Positions 19,670 through 30,330 of a stretch of DNA of 64,000 bases are shown here, piece by piece. Both the position numbers and the translations under genes were made by a program. Each line of letters opens with the position of its first letter. Positions within the stretch are counted from its first letter, which is position 1. Source of the DNA: Pedobacter sp. (lineage in GTDB: Bacteria; Desulfobacterota; Desulfuromonadia; Desulfuromonadales; Syntrophotaleaceae). The stretch is from positions 64,001-128,000 of the forward strand of contig JBFWJC010000006.1 of the NCBI GenBank assembly GCA_050253415.1, read 5' to 3'. Under the pieces are notes generated by a model. That model was given only the letters and a program-made list of their open reading frames with translations, was not told where the DNA came from and did no database searches.

Positions 19670-22353
19670 GACAAATCCTCATCATCGAGTAAAACATCCT
19701 GGTCGGCAATACGACACAGGGAATGCAAATCACAGCGATCGCATGCCTTGCTGGCATTGAGCGGGTCGACGCCAGCTTTGCCGTTGGAAAAATCGCTGCC
19801 GAGTTGTTGCAAAGTACTGCGCCAGGAATGCAGCAGTTCATCCCAATCGGCGATGGCGGTCCCCTCCAATTGCCGATGGCCGGCTGCCCCGGCAACTCCC
19901 GGCAGCAGCTCGCTTTCTCGGCCGAGTCCGACGAAGCTGCAATCTCCCCGTCTGACCTTGGCAAAAGCCACCGCAGCCAGATCGGAGCCATGGCGGCCAA
20001 GGGTGTACAGGGGCAACTGCGGTTCCACCGGGCGATCGCCCAGCCAGTCGGCCACCGTCGCAAGACCGGTTTTGTAATCAATAATGACCTGCGAACCGTC
20101 TTCCAGACGATCGATACGGTCGATGCGGGTCTGCAACGTCAAGGGTCCGAAATTTTCGCGATGCCATGCCTCCAGAGTCTCGATATTGAATGGTGGACGC
20201 CCCGCCTCGACTTCGAGCCACTCCCGCAGCAAATCCGCTAAGCGTTGACGTTCCAATAGTCTCTGGCTGGTCGACAACGGCACCCTCCGTTGTGCCGCAA
20301 ATTCATCCAACGCCTGATCGCTATACTTCAGAATGAGCGCGCACAGGCCGTCTGAATCCAGCTCGGATAATTGGCGCCAACCGCCTATTTCCAACCAGAA
20401 CAGTTCCAGGATGCGATGCACCAGCGATCCCCGATCGAGCCCGTCGAGCCCAAGGCTGGCTGTGGCCAGCCCCCAGGCCCCGAGTCGATGGCGGGCAAAG
20501 GCACGAAACGGACAGAGCGCCTGGTCTTTAAGCAGTGCGGTGCCACCCGACACCCTGGTCCCATCCGGAATGGGCGGTCCCTGGAGATCGGTCAAGCTTT
20601 CAAGACCTTCAACCGAATCCCGAATCAGCAAAGTGGGCTTGCGGCTGTCAGCCAAAACCGGCGCAATCGGCGGCAGATGTTGAACCAGAGGGCTCGGCTG
20701 ACGTTCCCGGCCATCCATGTGTTCCGGCCAGCTGACGACCAGCGTCAGGGCACAACTCAATAAGCGCTGCGACAGTTTGTGCGCGAAATCGAGTTCCCTG
20801 GCTGCATCGGCATGGGGCATTTTAAGCTTGCGCTGCAACTCTGGCGGGATAAAAGGATTAGGACGGGCAGGCGCCGGTAGCGCCTCTTCATGGACGCCCA
20901 GCAGCCACAGGGCATCGAACTGCATCCCGGCCGCTTCCAGAGCCCCCAATACCTGGACGCGCCCTTCGGAACCTTCCGGTTGGAAAATCTCCTCAGCAGC
21001 CAATCGTCGCAGTAATGCAAGAGCCTCACCGCGCTGGATCGGCTCGGATACCGTATCCAGGCAGGCCATGGACGCAAGCAACTCTTTCCAGGCTGTAAAC
21101 ACCTGATATTCGCGACTGGTAAGGCTGCGATCTCCCGGCCATTGACAAGCATCCAGCACCTGGGCGAAATGACGCGACCAGGCACCGGGTAGACGCGGCT
21201 TGGTTTCTTTAAGCAAATTCCCAATGATTTCGAGTTGCCGCGCAAAAATATCGGAGCGTCCGAGTTTTTTCTTGAACCCCTGCTCGGCAAAATGCAGCAC
21301 CTGCTTAAGAGGCAGTTCCGTCATGCGCAGGTTGCGCAGTTCCCGATCTAAAATCGACCGCGAGTATTGTTCGGACAGATGGCCCCAGATAAACGGCGAA
21401 CGCAGTAAATAACTCAAACTGTTGAGAGATACGGTTCGGCCAACGGACAATAGTTCGAATGCGGCGGTTACCATGCCCTCTTCAATCAAGCGGGTACCAA
21501 GGGACAAGTTAAAAGCCTTTTCGGATGCGGATCCCGGCAACAAGGCTGACGGCGACAACTCTTCCCGGAAAATACGTTGTAAACGCTCCTGGTAGGCCGC
21601 CATATCCACCGCGACGATGCCGATGCGACCGAGGTTACCTTCGAGAAGATGCCTGGTCCAACGTGCACAGCAGCGCACCTCCTCGTCGGGATCGGCATAC
21701 CCGACGCGCCCCATCGATGGAGACACACACGCCGGCGGCATCCAACGGTGGATGGCCACACCGCGCTGACTCAAGGTACGGCATAAAGCTTCAACCGTGG
21801 GTGTCAGATCGTCGAACCCCGCCAGCCACAGATTGCCGGGCAGGGAAACATTCGCTTGCTCTAACGCTTGCACAAGCCGCGAGGACAAAAGCGCAGGGTC
21901 TTCCCAACCGCCCGACAGGCATAAGCCCTGCCAACGTTGACGCCAGCGCAAGAAAGTCCGGTGGTCTTCTCCCCCTTCTTCAGGGGTAAAAGCAGTACCG
22001 TATTCGCACAGTAACTGATGAGCCTTGGCAGCCTGTTTGGCGGCATCGGGAATCCGCATGAGGCCCTCTCCCGAAGCGTTCAGATCGGCTTCGACAGCAC
22101 GCTCCCAAAGCCGCAGAACCTGTGCCTGGTCAAGGGTCCTGTCATCAAGTCGGAGGCTTCCCACCAACTGACGTTGCCAGGCCGAGAATGAATATACCGC
22201 CGGAGATGTCCATACCGCGCGCCCCTGACTCTGTTGCCGCCGGTCATAACCCTGGCGCAGATAGCGGGCCAGGCGCTTGTTAACGGTCAGCACCAGGTCC
22301 CCCTGCTCGAGGCGCCCCAATAAATCCTCCAGGGGAATGGCCTCTATTTGCAT
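19666..22353 (-). CDS. AddB-like DNA repair protein with PD-(D/E)xK nuclease and Fe-S staple cysteines
   Basis: LCPF, RIDRID, IIDYKTG, QLPLY, CDRCDLHSLC. Start placed at MQIEAIP (22353); ATGA overlap with the helicase. Confidence 0.88.
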   Translation of the reverse strand: MQIEAIPLEDLLGRLEQGDLVLTVNKRLARYLRQGYDRRQQSQGRAVWTSPAVYSFSAWQRQLVGSLRLDDRTLDQAQVLRLWERAVEADLNASGEGLMRIPDAAKQAAKAHQLLCEYGTAFTPEEGGEDHRTFLRWRQRWQGLCLSGGWEDPALLSSRLVQALEQANVSLPGNLWLAGFDDLTPTVEALCRTLSQRGVAIHRWMPPACVSPSMGRVGYADPDEEVRCCARWTRHLLEGNLGRIGIVAVDMAAYQERLQRIFREELSPSALLPGSASEKAFNLSLGTRLIEEGMVTAAFELLSVGRTVSLNSLSYLLRSPFIWGHLSEQYSRSILDRELRNLRMTELPLKQVLHFAEQGFKKKLGRSDIFARQLEIIGNLLKETKPRLPGAWSRHFAQVLDACQWPGDRSLTSREYQVFTAWKELLASMACLDTVSEPIQRGEALALLRRLAAEEIFQPEGSEGRVQVLGALEAAGMQFDALWLLGVHEEALPAPARPNPFIPPELQRKLKMPHADAARELDFAHKLSQRLLSCALTLVVSWPEHMDGRERQPSPLVQHLPPIAPVLADSRKPTLLIRDSVEGLESLTDLQGPPIPDGTRVSGGTALLKDQALCPFRAFARHRLGAWGLATASLGLDGLDRGSLVHRILELFWLEIGGWRQLSELDSDGLCALILKYSDQALDEFAAQRRVPLSTSQRLLERQRLADLLREWLEVEAGRPPFNIETLEAWHRENFGPLTLQTRIDRIDRLEDGSQVIIDYKTGLATVADWLGDRPVEPQLPLYTLGRHGSDLAAVAFAKVRRGDCSFVGLGRESELLPGVAGAAGHRQLEGTAIADWDELLHSWRSTLQQLGSDFSNGKAGVDPLNASKACDRCDLHSLCRIADQDVLLDDEDLS

Positions 22354-22727
22354 GATTTGACTCCCGTCGGGCGGAAAAATATCCGCCAGAGCAGGTAGAC
22401 AAGACCTGCACCAAAAGTGTTGGCGACCGCATCCCCGAACTGAGCGACACGCTGACCGGTTAAGGCCTGCGCCCCCTCGAGAAGCACGCCATAAACGATC
22501 GCCAGCCCCAGAGCCCGACTCCAGGCGCGCGCCGCGCCCCAAAACGGCGCCAAAGCCCAGCCGCCAAGTGCGGTCAGGAAGGCATAAGCGAGAGCATGTT
22601 GCGCCTTATCCCAGGAAAGAACGTCCCGGATGATATGCGGAGGGCGGGGAATCACAGACAGCACGAAGATAAGCATGGCAAAAGCGACAAACAACACCAG
22701 ACGCACCGATGCAGGAAACTTGATCAT
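22344..22727 (-). CDS. VanZ family membrane protein
   Basis: DKAQHALAY, E..Q...GQR....D..AN..G. Confidence 0.85.
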   Translation of the reverse strand: MIKFPASVRLVLFVAFAMLIFVLSVIPRPPHIIRDVLSWDKAQHALAYAFLTALGGWALAPFWGAARAWSRALGLAIVYGVLLEGAQALTGQRVAQFGDAVANTFGAGLVYLLWRIFFRPTGVKSCK

Positions 22728-22966
22728 AAAAGCCCTTAGGGAGGAATGATCCAGGGCAGTACCTGGAAAAGACAAATCAATGATTGCCAAAAAACATATT
22801 TTGAGCTCGGGAATATCGGATACTTCGAAGTAGGTTCAAGTTACCCTATTTTCCAGTTTAAAAAAAGCTAAGAAGTCCGAAAATTCGTTGAAATTTACCC
22901 TTGCAGGATGGCGAATATGTGTTTCCATTGAAAGCGTAGTGATACCTATCACAGGAGGATCAAACC

Positions 22967-23497
22967 ATGACCAGTACAAAATACTTCGGAAAAATCATCC
23001 TATTGCTCGCCCTTGGATTTTTTGTCATCCCGGCAACCAGTCAGGCAAACAGAATGCATAAGGGTAGCGGCTACCACATGATGAACTCAGGCATGATGTC
23101 GCAACTCACAGACGAGGAACAAAAAACCGTCATGGACCTGATGCAAAAATACCATGGCCCCATGATGGAGCTCAAGAAACAACTCTATGCCAAACGTGCT
23201 GACCTCAATGCAGTGATGGCCCAGGAAAAATTCGATGGCAAAAAAGCCCGCGCACTGGGCAAAGAAATTTCCGCACTCCAAAGCAAATTCATGGATCAAC
23301 ACATGGAAATGTTTATCGAGATGCGTGAAAAAGGCGTCTCCTACTACGGCACCTGCATGTCGGGCGGCACAATGGGCCGCGGCATGATGGGGCCGGGAAT
23401 GATGATGGATGATGGCATGATGGGAACCGGAACAATGATGGACGGCAGGAATACAGACATGATGAATCAGAACATGATGCCGTCCAAGCAGGAATAA
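22967..23497 (+). CDS. Periplasmic heavy-metal sensor / ZraP-Spy-like protein with Met-rich tail
   Basis: Signal peptide, LTDEEQ motif, QLYAKRADL.A, Met/Gly-rich C-terminus. Confidence 0.8.
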   Translation: MTSTKYFGKIILLLALGFFVIPATSQANRMHKGSGYHMMNSGMMSQLTDEEQKTVMDLMQKYHGPMMELKKQLYAKRADLNAVMAQEKFDGKKARALGKEISALQSKFMDQHMEMFIEMREKGVSYYGTCMSGGTMGRGMMGPGMMMDDGMMGTGTMMDGRNTDMMNQNMMPSKQE

Positions 23498-23546
23498 ATC
23501 CCGTCAACAGCTTTTCCCTTAACAAACGGTGATTATGAATTGCCAG

Positions 23547-23581
23547 GCGGCATGTCGAATCTTCTGACATGCCGCTTTTCT
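23547..23581 (+). terminator. Intrinsic terminator
   Basis: GCGGCATGTC / GACATGCCGC then TTTT. Confidence 0.75.
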
Positions 23582-23745
23582 ATCCCCTTCCCCTCTATCA
23601 ATTTTCAGACCTTTTTGAATGCCCTCTACACAATCCACGAAAGTCATTGTCGGGGAAAAAGTCCGGTGGTTTGACTTTGCGAATTTGACCACTAATCTTT
23701 AATCATGCAGCCCCCTGATAAATCCACAAAAAGAAAGGAGCAAAG

Positions 23746-23988
23746 ATGCATGGTATCGGTTTTATGGATGGCTGGAGCATGATGAGCCCCGGCATGTGGA
23801 TTTTCATGCTGTTGTTCTGGGGTTTGGTCATCGTCGGGATTGTGGGTATTATCCGCTGGCTTGCCGGTCGAGACCATCGCCAGAATAGATCGGAAACAGA
23901 AACGCCGCTGGAAATTCTTCAAAAACGATACGCGCGCGGGGAAATCGAACGCGAAGAGTACCAGCGGATGAAAAAAGACCTTGAATAA
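23746..23988 (+). CDS. SHOCT domain membrane protein
   Basis: TM helix then PLEILQKRYARGEIEREEY. Confidence 0.88.
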   Translation: MHGIGFMDGWSMMSPGMWIFMLLFWGLVIVGIVGIIRWLAGRDHRQNRSETETPLEILQKRYARGEIEREEYQRMKKDLE

Positions 23989-24238
23989 CCTCTGTCCATC
24001 ATCGGAAAAATTCCTGGCGTAATGCTGCCTTCCAAAACCAGGTCAGGAATAAAATGATCACCCGTTTAGGGCATTTTTTCGCCGATGCCTTTATGTCTCT
24101 TTCGCGGGAGCATGGGACTACGTACGCCCCTTTGCGCCTGATCGGATTCATCGAGCTTGGCATAAAGACATAGCTTGCAAACGAAGTTCCCAAGTTTAGG
24201 CTCAATACATAACCCGAACTTCAGCCGGAGCCATCCTG

Positions 24239-26638
24239 ATGTGCGCAAAAACCATCTTTATAATGCCTATTATTTTCCTTTTTTTAACATCCACCGGACT
24301 GGCTGCCATCCGGGAATATCACCTTACAGTGGACCGGAAACAGATCGTCATTCAGGGCAAACAGGCCCCAGGGATGACGATCAACGGCCAACTACCCGGG
24401 CCGACTCTGCGCTTCAACATAGGCGATATCGCCCGCATTCACGTCACCAACAAAATGGATGTGCCTACCTCCATCCACTGGCACGGCGTACTTGTACCGC
24501 CGGGGATGGACGGTGTCCCCTTTGTCACTCAGCCCCCTATCGCTCCGGACACCACCTTCACCTACGAGTATCCCATTCGCCAGACCGGTACCTACTGGTA
24601 CCATTCCCACGTCGAGCTGCAGGAACAAAGCGGTATGTACGGTGCAATCGTCATTACCGGCGAAGAATCGTCCCTGCAGGTAGATAGAGACGAGGTGGTG
24701 CTTCTTTCCGACTGGACCACCGATGACCCCCACGAGGTGTTGCGGACCCTGAAACGAGGCAGCGAGTGGTTCGCCCTTGAAAAGGGCTCGGGTCAGAGCA
24801 TTTTCGGCGCCGCCAAAACCAACAGCCTGGGAGACTATTTCTATCGGGAATTACAGCGCATGCCACCGATGGATATCGCCGATGTGGCTTACGACTACTT
24901 TCTGGCCAACGGCACCCCGCACATGACGATTCCCGCCAAACCTGGTGAAAAGGTGCGGCTGCGTGTCATCGATGGCTCGGCTACCAGCTACTTTCATCTG
25001 CAGTACGCCGGAGGTCCCATGACCATCGTCAGCGCCGACGGACAACAGGTGGAAGCCGTCGAGCAAAACCGGTTTCTCATTGCGGTGGCAGAAACCTACG
25101 ATGTATTGGTGACCGTGCCCGCCGACGGCTCTTACGAATTCCGGGCGACCGCCCACGACGGCTCCGGCCGCGCCTCCGTCTGGATCGGCACAGGCACCAA
25201 ACACCCGGCGCCGGATATCCCTAAACCAAACCTGTACCGGGCCATGCACCGCCCAGCCCTTGCGTCACTCTTTTCCCTGACCCCGGCCGGCACCATGGGC
25301 ATACCCGACACCCTGGTGGAACAAGGCCGTTTCGACGCCCCCGGCATGATGGGGACGATGAATATGCACGAGATGGGGCACGCTCCCCCCGGACATGAGA
25401 TGGACCATATGCGACCTGAGCAGCAGATGATGAGACCAGGCCGCGAAGCTCACCCCCCTTCCCCATCCGAGCCGAGCGGCATGAGCGACATGAACCTATC
25501 TCATAAACATCATGCCGTCCCTTCTACCACGATCGGTTCCGAATCGGCCGGCCCGGACCTTGAACCTGCTACCCTGACTGCAAACCGGTCCGCCCGACCC
25601 TACGGGACCCGGTTCGGCTTTCTGCAGACGGACATAGCCGCCCGGAAGGCTCTGGCCATCGAAGGCGGCGAACAGCGTCCCGGGACGCCCTATGCCACCT
25701 TGCGCTCCACCAGACCGAGTACCCTGCCGGCGAATCGACCGATCCGGGAGGTCCGTCTGACCCTTGACGGCGACATGGAGCGGTATGTCTGGTTGTTGAA
25801 CAACCAGCCGTTGTCCGAATCGGACCACATCCTGATCAAAGAGGGTGAAATCGTCCGCTTCATCATGATCAACCGCACCATGATGCATCATCCGATGCAC
25901 CTGCACGGGCATTTCTTTCGGGTGATCAACGGCCAGGGGGACAACGCGCCCCTCAAGCACACGGTTGACGTGGCCCCCATGTCGACCACCGTTATCGAAT
26001 TTTACGGCAATGAAGTTGGCGACTGGTTCTTCCATTGCCATCTGCTCTATCACATGAAAAGCGGCATGGCGAACTTCGTCCATTACCAGGAATTCCAACC
26101 CGATCCACAGGTGTTGGCGGTACGCCCCCGTCTCTATCACGATCCATGGTACGCTTGGGCCAGGGCGGACCTGCTCAGCAACATGACCGAGGGCAAAATA
26201 TCCCTAAGCAACACCCGGATCATGCTGGACGGATCGTGGGAAGTAGGCTGGCAGAAGGTTGACGAAACCGATTGGGAGGCAATGGTCTCTGCAGGCTGGT
26301 ACCTGAACCGTTTCACTTCCTTCTTTGCTGGCGTGGATGCCCTGGGAGAAGGCTCGCATGCGGAAGATTTGCGAGGTCTGATGGGGTTGAAATATCTTCT
26401 GCCACTGAATATTGACCTGTTCGCCTGGGTGGACACGGAGGCCGGAGCCCGGGTTATGCTGGAAAAGGATCTGGAACTGACCCCCAGAATGAGCCTTCAC
26501 GGCGAAGTGGAGTATGACACCCACGATCAATGGGAAGGCGCTGCTGCCCTGCATTACCTGCTGACCAAAGATCTTTCCCTGATTGCCACGTGGCATTCCG
26601 AATTCGGTTATGGCGGCGGAATTTCTTTACGTTTTTAA
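24239..26638 (+). CDS. Multicopper oxidase (CopA/PcoA-type) with a C-terminal beta-barrel-like extension
   Basis: HWHG, YWYHSH, HPMHLHGH, HCHLLYHM copper motifs; Met/His-rich insert. Confidence 0.93.
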   Translation: MCAKTIFIMPIIFLFLTSTGLAAIREYHLTVDRKQIVIQGKQAPGMTINGQLPGPTLRFNIGDIARIHVTNKMDVPTSIHWHGVLVPPGMDGVPFVTQPPIAPDTTFTYEYPIRQTGTYWYHSHVELQEQSGMYGAIVITGEESSLQVDRDEVVLLSDWTTDDPHEVLRTLKRGSEWFALEKGSGQSIFGAAKTNSLGDYFYRELQRMPPMDIADVAYDYFLANGTPHMTIPAKPGEKVRLRVIDGSATSYFHLQYAGGPMTIVSADGQQVEAVEQNRFLIAVAETYDVLVTVPADGSYEFRATAHDGSGRASVWIGTGTKHPAPDIPKPNLYRAMHRPALASLFSLTPAGTMGIPDTLVEQGRFDAPGMMGTMNMHEMGHAPPGHEMDHMRPEQQMMRPGREAHPPSPSEPSGMSDMNLSHKHHAVPSTTIGSESAGPDLEPATLTANRSARPYGTRFGFLQTDIAARKALAIEGGEQRPGTPYATLRSTRPSTLPANRPIREVRLTLDGDMERYVWLLNNQPLSESDHILIKEGEIVRFIMINRTMMHHPMHLHGHFFRVINGQGDNAPLKHTVDVAPMSTTVIEFYGNEVGDWFFHCHLLYHMKSGMANFVHYQEFQPDPQVLAVRPRLYHDPWYAWARADLLSNMTEGKISLSNTRIMLDGSWEVGWQKVDETDWEAMVSAGWYLNRFTSFFAGVDALGEGSHAEDLRGLMGLKYLLPLNIDLFAWVDTEAGARVMLEKDLELTPRMSLHGEVEYDTHDQWEGAAALHYLLTKDLSLIATWHSEFGYGGGISLRF

Positions 26639-26782
26639 TCGGTTATTTTATGGTTACCCTTGATGGGCCATATATTCTACTCAGAAGGAGTATCCGGTTT
26701 TTAATCAAGAGTCGAAAAGATTTTCTGTACCGGCAGTAGAAAAAAAAGTATTCGAGCCATTAAATGGACAGGCGCGCACGAA

Positions 26783-27424
26783 ATGCAGGAAAAAAATCAC
26801 TGGGAACAGATTTACGCAACCAGGCCGGCAGAGAAGCTTGGCTGGTATGCGCCCCATCTGCAGATTTCTTTAAATTGGATCAAGGGGCTTTGTTTGGCCG
26901 ATAATGCGCCGATCATCGACATTGGTGGCGGTGTATCCACCTTGGTCGACGACCTGGTGGACTCAGGCCATCAAGTAATCACAGTCCTCGACATATCTGA
27001 TAAAGCTCTGGACTCGGTCAAAGTCCGATTAGGCAAAAAGGCAGAGATGATAAGGTGGATAAGTGCCGACATCACCTCGGTTGATATGCCCAGACACTCT
27101 TATGAATTGTGGCATGATCGAGCCGTCTTCCACTTTTTGATGGAGCCTGAACGGCAACAGAAATATCGGGAAAACCTTCTGAAAGCGTTGAAACCAGGCG
27201 GGCACGCGATTATCGGAACCTTTGCACAGGAAGCCCCTGCCCGTTGCAGTGGCCTGCCGGTACAGCGCTACAGCCCGGAACAGTTAAAAGACACGCTAGG
27301 TCCTGAGTTTGACTTAAAGCGTCATCGCCAAGTGCTTCATATTACGCCGGGAGGAGTAGAGCAAATGTATCTTTATTGCCTTTTCCGGAAATCTGGCCAA
27401 CAAGGTCAAGGTACGAATCGCTGA
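26783..27424 (+). CDS. Class I SAM-dependent methyltransferase
   Basis: IDIGGG, LDIS, WHDRAVFHFL, CSGLPV. Confidence 0.88.
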   Translation: MQEKNHWEQIYATRPAEKLGWYAPHLQISLNWIKGLCLADNAPIIDIGGGVSTLVDDLVDSGHQVITVLDISDKALDSVKVRLGKKAEMIRWISADITSVDMPRHSYELWHDRAVFHFLMEPERQQKYRENLLKALKPGGHAIIGTFAQEAPARCSGLPVQRYSPEQLKDTLGPEFDLKRHRQVLHITPGGVEQMYLYCLFRKSGQQGQGTNR

Positions 27425-27545
27425 TTGCGCACGGTTTAATCCTTGCCTCGTGCCATCCGGAAAATATGGTTCAAAACAACCTCGAAACTGGAGAAAATTA
27501 ATCCCGATAAGTTACGACACCTCTTTTTGGAGGGAACGATAGACA

Positions 27546-28637
27546 ATGCCAAAAGATCCAATCTGTCAGATGGAGGTCTCAAAAGAAACAGCCATAAGCG
27601 TCCAATGCGACGGCCAGCGCTTTTACTTCTGCTCAGAGGGATGTCGCAAAAAGTTTTTAGAAGATCACTCCTGCAAGAGGCATGCGGGGCCATTCGACCT
27701 GATCATCATCGGTGGAGGGCCGGCTGGACTAACAGCAGCAACCTTCGCCGCCACCTTGAAGATGAAGGCATTCTTGATTGCCAGGGACCTGGGCGGTCAG
27801 GCGGTCGACAGCACCAAGATTGAAAACTATATGGGGTTCGACTTCATCACCGGGCCAGAGCTGATCGCCCGTTTTCAAAATCAGTTACTTCATTCCCACT
27901 TTGTCGATCACCTGATGGATGAGGTAACCCGAATCATTCCCGAAAAAGATGCGTTCCGCGTCGTCACTCGCGGACAGGATACTTTCCTGACTAAAGCTGT
28001 CCTGGTTACTACCGGCATGACCCGAAAGAAGCTTGGCATCCCCGGGGAAGAGGAGCTTCAAAGGCGTGGAGTTTTCTACGGGAATATCCCCGATTTCTCA
28101 TTTGCTGAGGGCGAGGATGTTGCCGTTATCGGAGGTGGTAACAGCGCTCTGCAGATCGTAGAAAATCTTCAAACTCTCGCCCGCAGCATCCACCTCGTTT
28201 CCACATCCCGCCTGCGAGCCGACCAGGCAACCATTGAGAGAGTGAAGAGGTTGTCAGGCCTGACAGTATACGAAGGGTACAGGACGTTGAAATTCGGCGG
28301 AGAAAATTATCTGACCACGGTAGAGATAGAAAACATGTCGGGGGCGAGATCCCTCTGCCTTTCCGTCCGGGGGGCCTTTGTCGCAATTGGACATGAACCC
28401 AACTCGGATTTGGTGGCGGATCTTGTGACCCTGAATGAAAAAGAAGAAATCGCCATAGGGCCTGATTGTAGCACCTCATGTCCTGGACTTTTTGCCGCAG
28501 GCGATGTCACCGACGCTTTTGGTAAGCGAATTATCATTGCTTCCGGCGAGGGGGCCAAGGCCGCCCTTGCAGCGAAGGCGTATCTTTTAAAAAGAGCTGG
28601 CCGGCAAAGGGAGGAAACATCAGGTGCAGGGAATTGA
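27546..28637 (+). CDS. YHS domain plus thioredoxin reductase/AhpF-like flavoprotein
   Basis: KDPICQM...FYFCSEGC (YHS); GGGPAG, GGGNSA, FAAGDVT. Confidence 0.88.
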   Translation: MPKDPICQMEVSKETAISVQCDGQRFYFCSEGCRKKFLEDHSCKRHAGPFDLIIIGGGPAGLTAATFAATLKMKAFLIARDLGGQAVDSTKIENYMGFDFITGPELIARFQNQLLHSHFVDHLMDEVTRIIPEKDAFRVVTRGQDTFLTKAVLVTTGMTRKKLGIPGEEELQRRGVFYGNIPDFSFAEGEDVAVIGGGNSALQIVENLQTLARSIHLVSTSRLRADQATIERVKRLSGLTVYEGYRTLKFGGENYLTTVEIENMSGARSLCLSVRGAFVAIGHEPNSDLVADLVTLNEKEEIAIGPDCSTSCPGLFAAGDVTDAFGKRIIIASGEGAKAALAAKAYLLKRAGRQREETSGAGN

Positions 28638-28875
28638 CGCGCTATTATAAGAATTCGATAAGTGTCAGCGGAGAAAGTTGGTAACAACGCGTCAAATTTT
28701 CACAGTTCATACTATAATGAACCCAACCGCTCCTTTCAATGTTTGGCTCAATGATCGCTGCCCTGACCGGCCCCTACTCCAGTTCAATTCATAATAGCCA
28801 AAAGGGGAAACCGTATAACTTTGACGATTAATTGAAATATGTCGTCCCTCATCTAAATTGGAGTTACTGGCTACC

Positions 28876-29424
28876 ATGAGAATTCTTGCAAAACAGCCGT
28901 CTGGCTATCCCTGGTATCTCCGCCCCTTCTTCTGGAATCAAAAGAGGAAATACGGTCAGGTGCTGAAACCCGGCCTGCTGTGGGGACGAAGGCCGGGGCT
29001 GTTCATGGCCGTTGCCGCCCTCTACGGTGTGCTGGACCGGAAACGCTCACCCCTCGATCCGGCTCTGAGAGCCCTCGTCACCGTGCGGGTCTCGCAGATT
29101 AACTGGTGCCGGTTCTGTGTGGACATCAATTCCGCCCTGCTGGCCAAACGGACCGGCTCAACCGCCAAGGTCGAGGCACTGGAAAACTGGCGGGACTCCG
29201 AACTGTTCGACGATCGGGAAAAGGCGGTGCTAACCTATGCCGAGGCCATGACCGACTCTCAACAACAGGTCGATGACGACATGGTCGCCCGATTGCGCAC
29301 CTTTTTTGATGAGGATGGAATCGTGGAATTGACCGGCCTGGTCGCCTTTCAGAACCTGTCGAGCAAGTTCAATGCCGCGTTGGACGTGGAACCCCAAGGG
29401 TTTTGCAAAATACCTCCCCTCTGA
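28876..29424 (+). CDS. Carboxymuconolactone decarboxylase / AhpD family protein
   Basis: RVSQINWCRFCVDIN CxxC motif. Confidence 0.88.
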   Translation: MRILAKQPSGYPWYLRPFFWNQKRKYGQVLKPGLLWGRRPGLFMAVAALYGVLDRKRSPLDPALRALVTVRVSQINWCRFCVDINSALLAKRTGSTAKVEALENWRDSELFDDREKAVLTYAEAMTDSQQQVDDDMVARLRTFFDEDGIVELTGLVAFQNLSSKFNAALDVEPQGFCKIPPL

Positions 29425-29541
29425 GGATTTGCACTTCCCCTCAAGGTTCCGTTTTCTATCTCGCACAGCAGTCCTGGGAACCTTCCATCAATATCGAGAC
29501 CACATAAGGAAACCATCGAGTTGGCCCAGGTTAGTGCACCA

Positions 29542-30306
29542 TTACCGTCTGTGGTGACCCTTGAAGTCGACAACTATCGCCGTGCAATCGTCTTCCGGAG
29601 AATCCTTTCCGGTGAATTTTGTCAGCGTCCGAAATAGTTTATCCAGAAACTCCAGGTTATTCTGCTCCGATTGCAATAACATCCGTTCCAGCCGTTCCTC
29701 ACCGAAGAACTCTCCATCTTTATTGGTTGCCTCGATGATTCCATCAGTGTAAAGCAGAAGCCGGTCCTCCTCCTGCAGGGAAATGCTTGCCGTCGCTATC
29801 TCGGGATCAGGAAAATACCCTAAAGGACGGGAGGTCACCGGCAAGGTGAAAAGGAAGTCTCCACGACGGACCAAAGGGGCCGGATGACCTGCATTGACAT
29901 AAGTCATCCGCTGAGTCTCGGGATTGATGATTCCGTAAAACAACATCGTAGAAAAAAACTGGTCGAATCTTCTGGAGCGCGAGGTAAAGGTCAGGAGAAA
30001 ATTGTTGATCTGGCGGACGATGTCCTGACAGGGGCAAGGGTTCCTGAAGGCATGGTGGATAAAGCCATAGAGCAGCGCCATAATCAGCGAGGCATGAACA
30101 CCCCGGCCCGTGACGTCCCCGAGAAAGATGATCTGACAGGTATCGGACATGGTCAGAAAATCGAAATAGTCCCCGCCTACCCCATGAGCCATCCGGTTTT
30201 GGAAACCGATTTCCCCCCACTCGCAAACCGGTGAGGCTTTGGGAAAAAGGATTTTCTGCACATGGGCAGCGAGGTCAAGATCCCGGGCGCTGTCATTTTC
30301 TTCCAT
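29542..30306 (-). CDS. Stand-alone PP2C/SpoIIE (RsbU-like) phosphatase
   Basis: GGDYFD, GDVTGRG, NAGHP, YTDG, DDCT. Confidence 0.9.
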   Translation of the reverse strand: MEENDSARDLDLAAHVQKILFPKASPVCEWGEIGFQNRMAHGVGGDYFDFLTMSDTCQIIFLGDVTGRGVHASLIMALLYGFIHHAFRNPCPCQDIVRQINNFLLTFTSRSRRFDQFFSTMLFYGIINPETQRMTYVNAGHPAPLVRRGDFLFTLPVTSRPLGYFPDPEIATASISLQEEDRLLLYTDGIIEATNKDGEFFGEERLERMLLQSEQNNLEFLDKLFRTLTKFTGKDSPEDDCTAIVVDFKGHHRR

Positions 30307-30330
30307 GAGTTGCTTTCCGGATTTTAAACA

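Noticed and set aside
16313..22353. Helicase-nuclease pair as a novel defence system
   Set aside because: Architecture and motifs fit ordinary AddAB-type recombinational repair.
22354..22542. N-terminal extension of the AddB-like ORF in the track
   Set aside because: It overlaps vanZ in another frame; the start at 22353 is more plausible.
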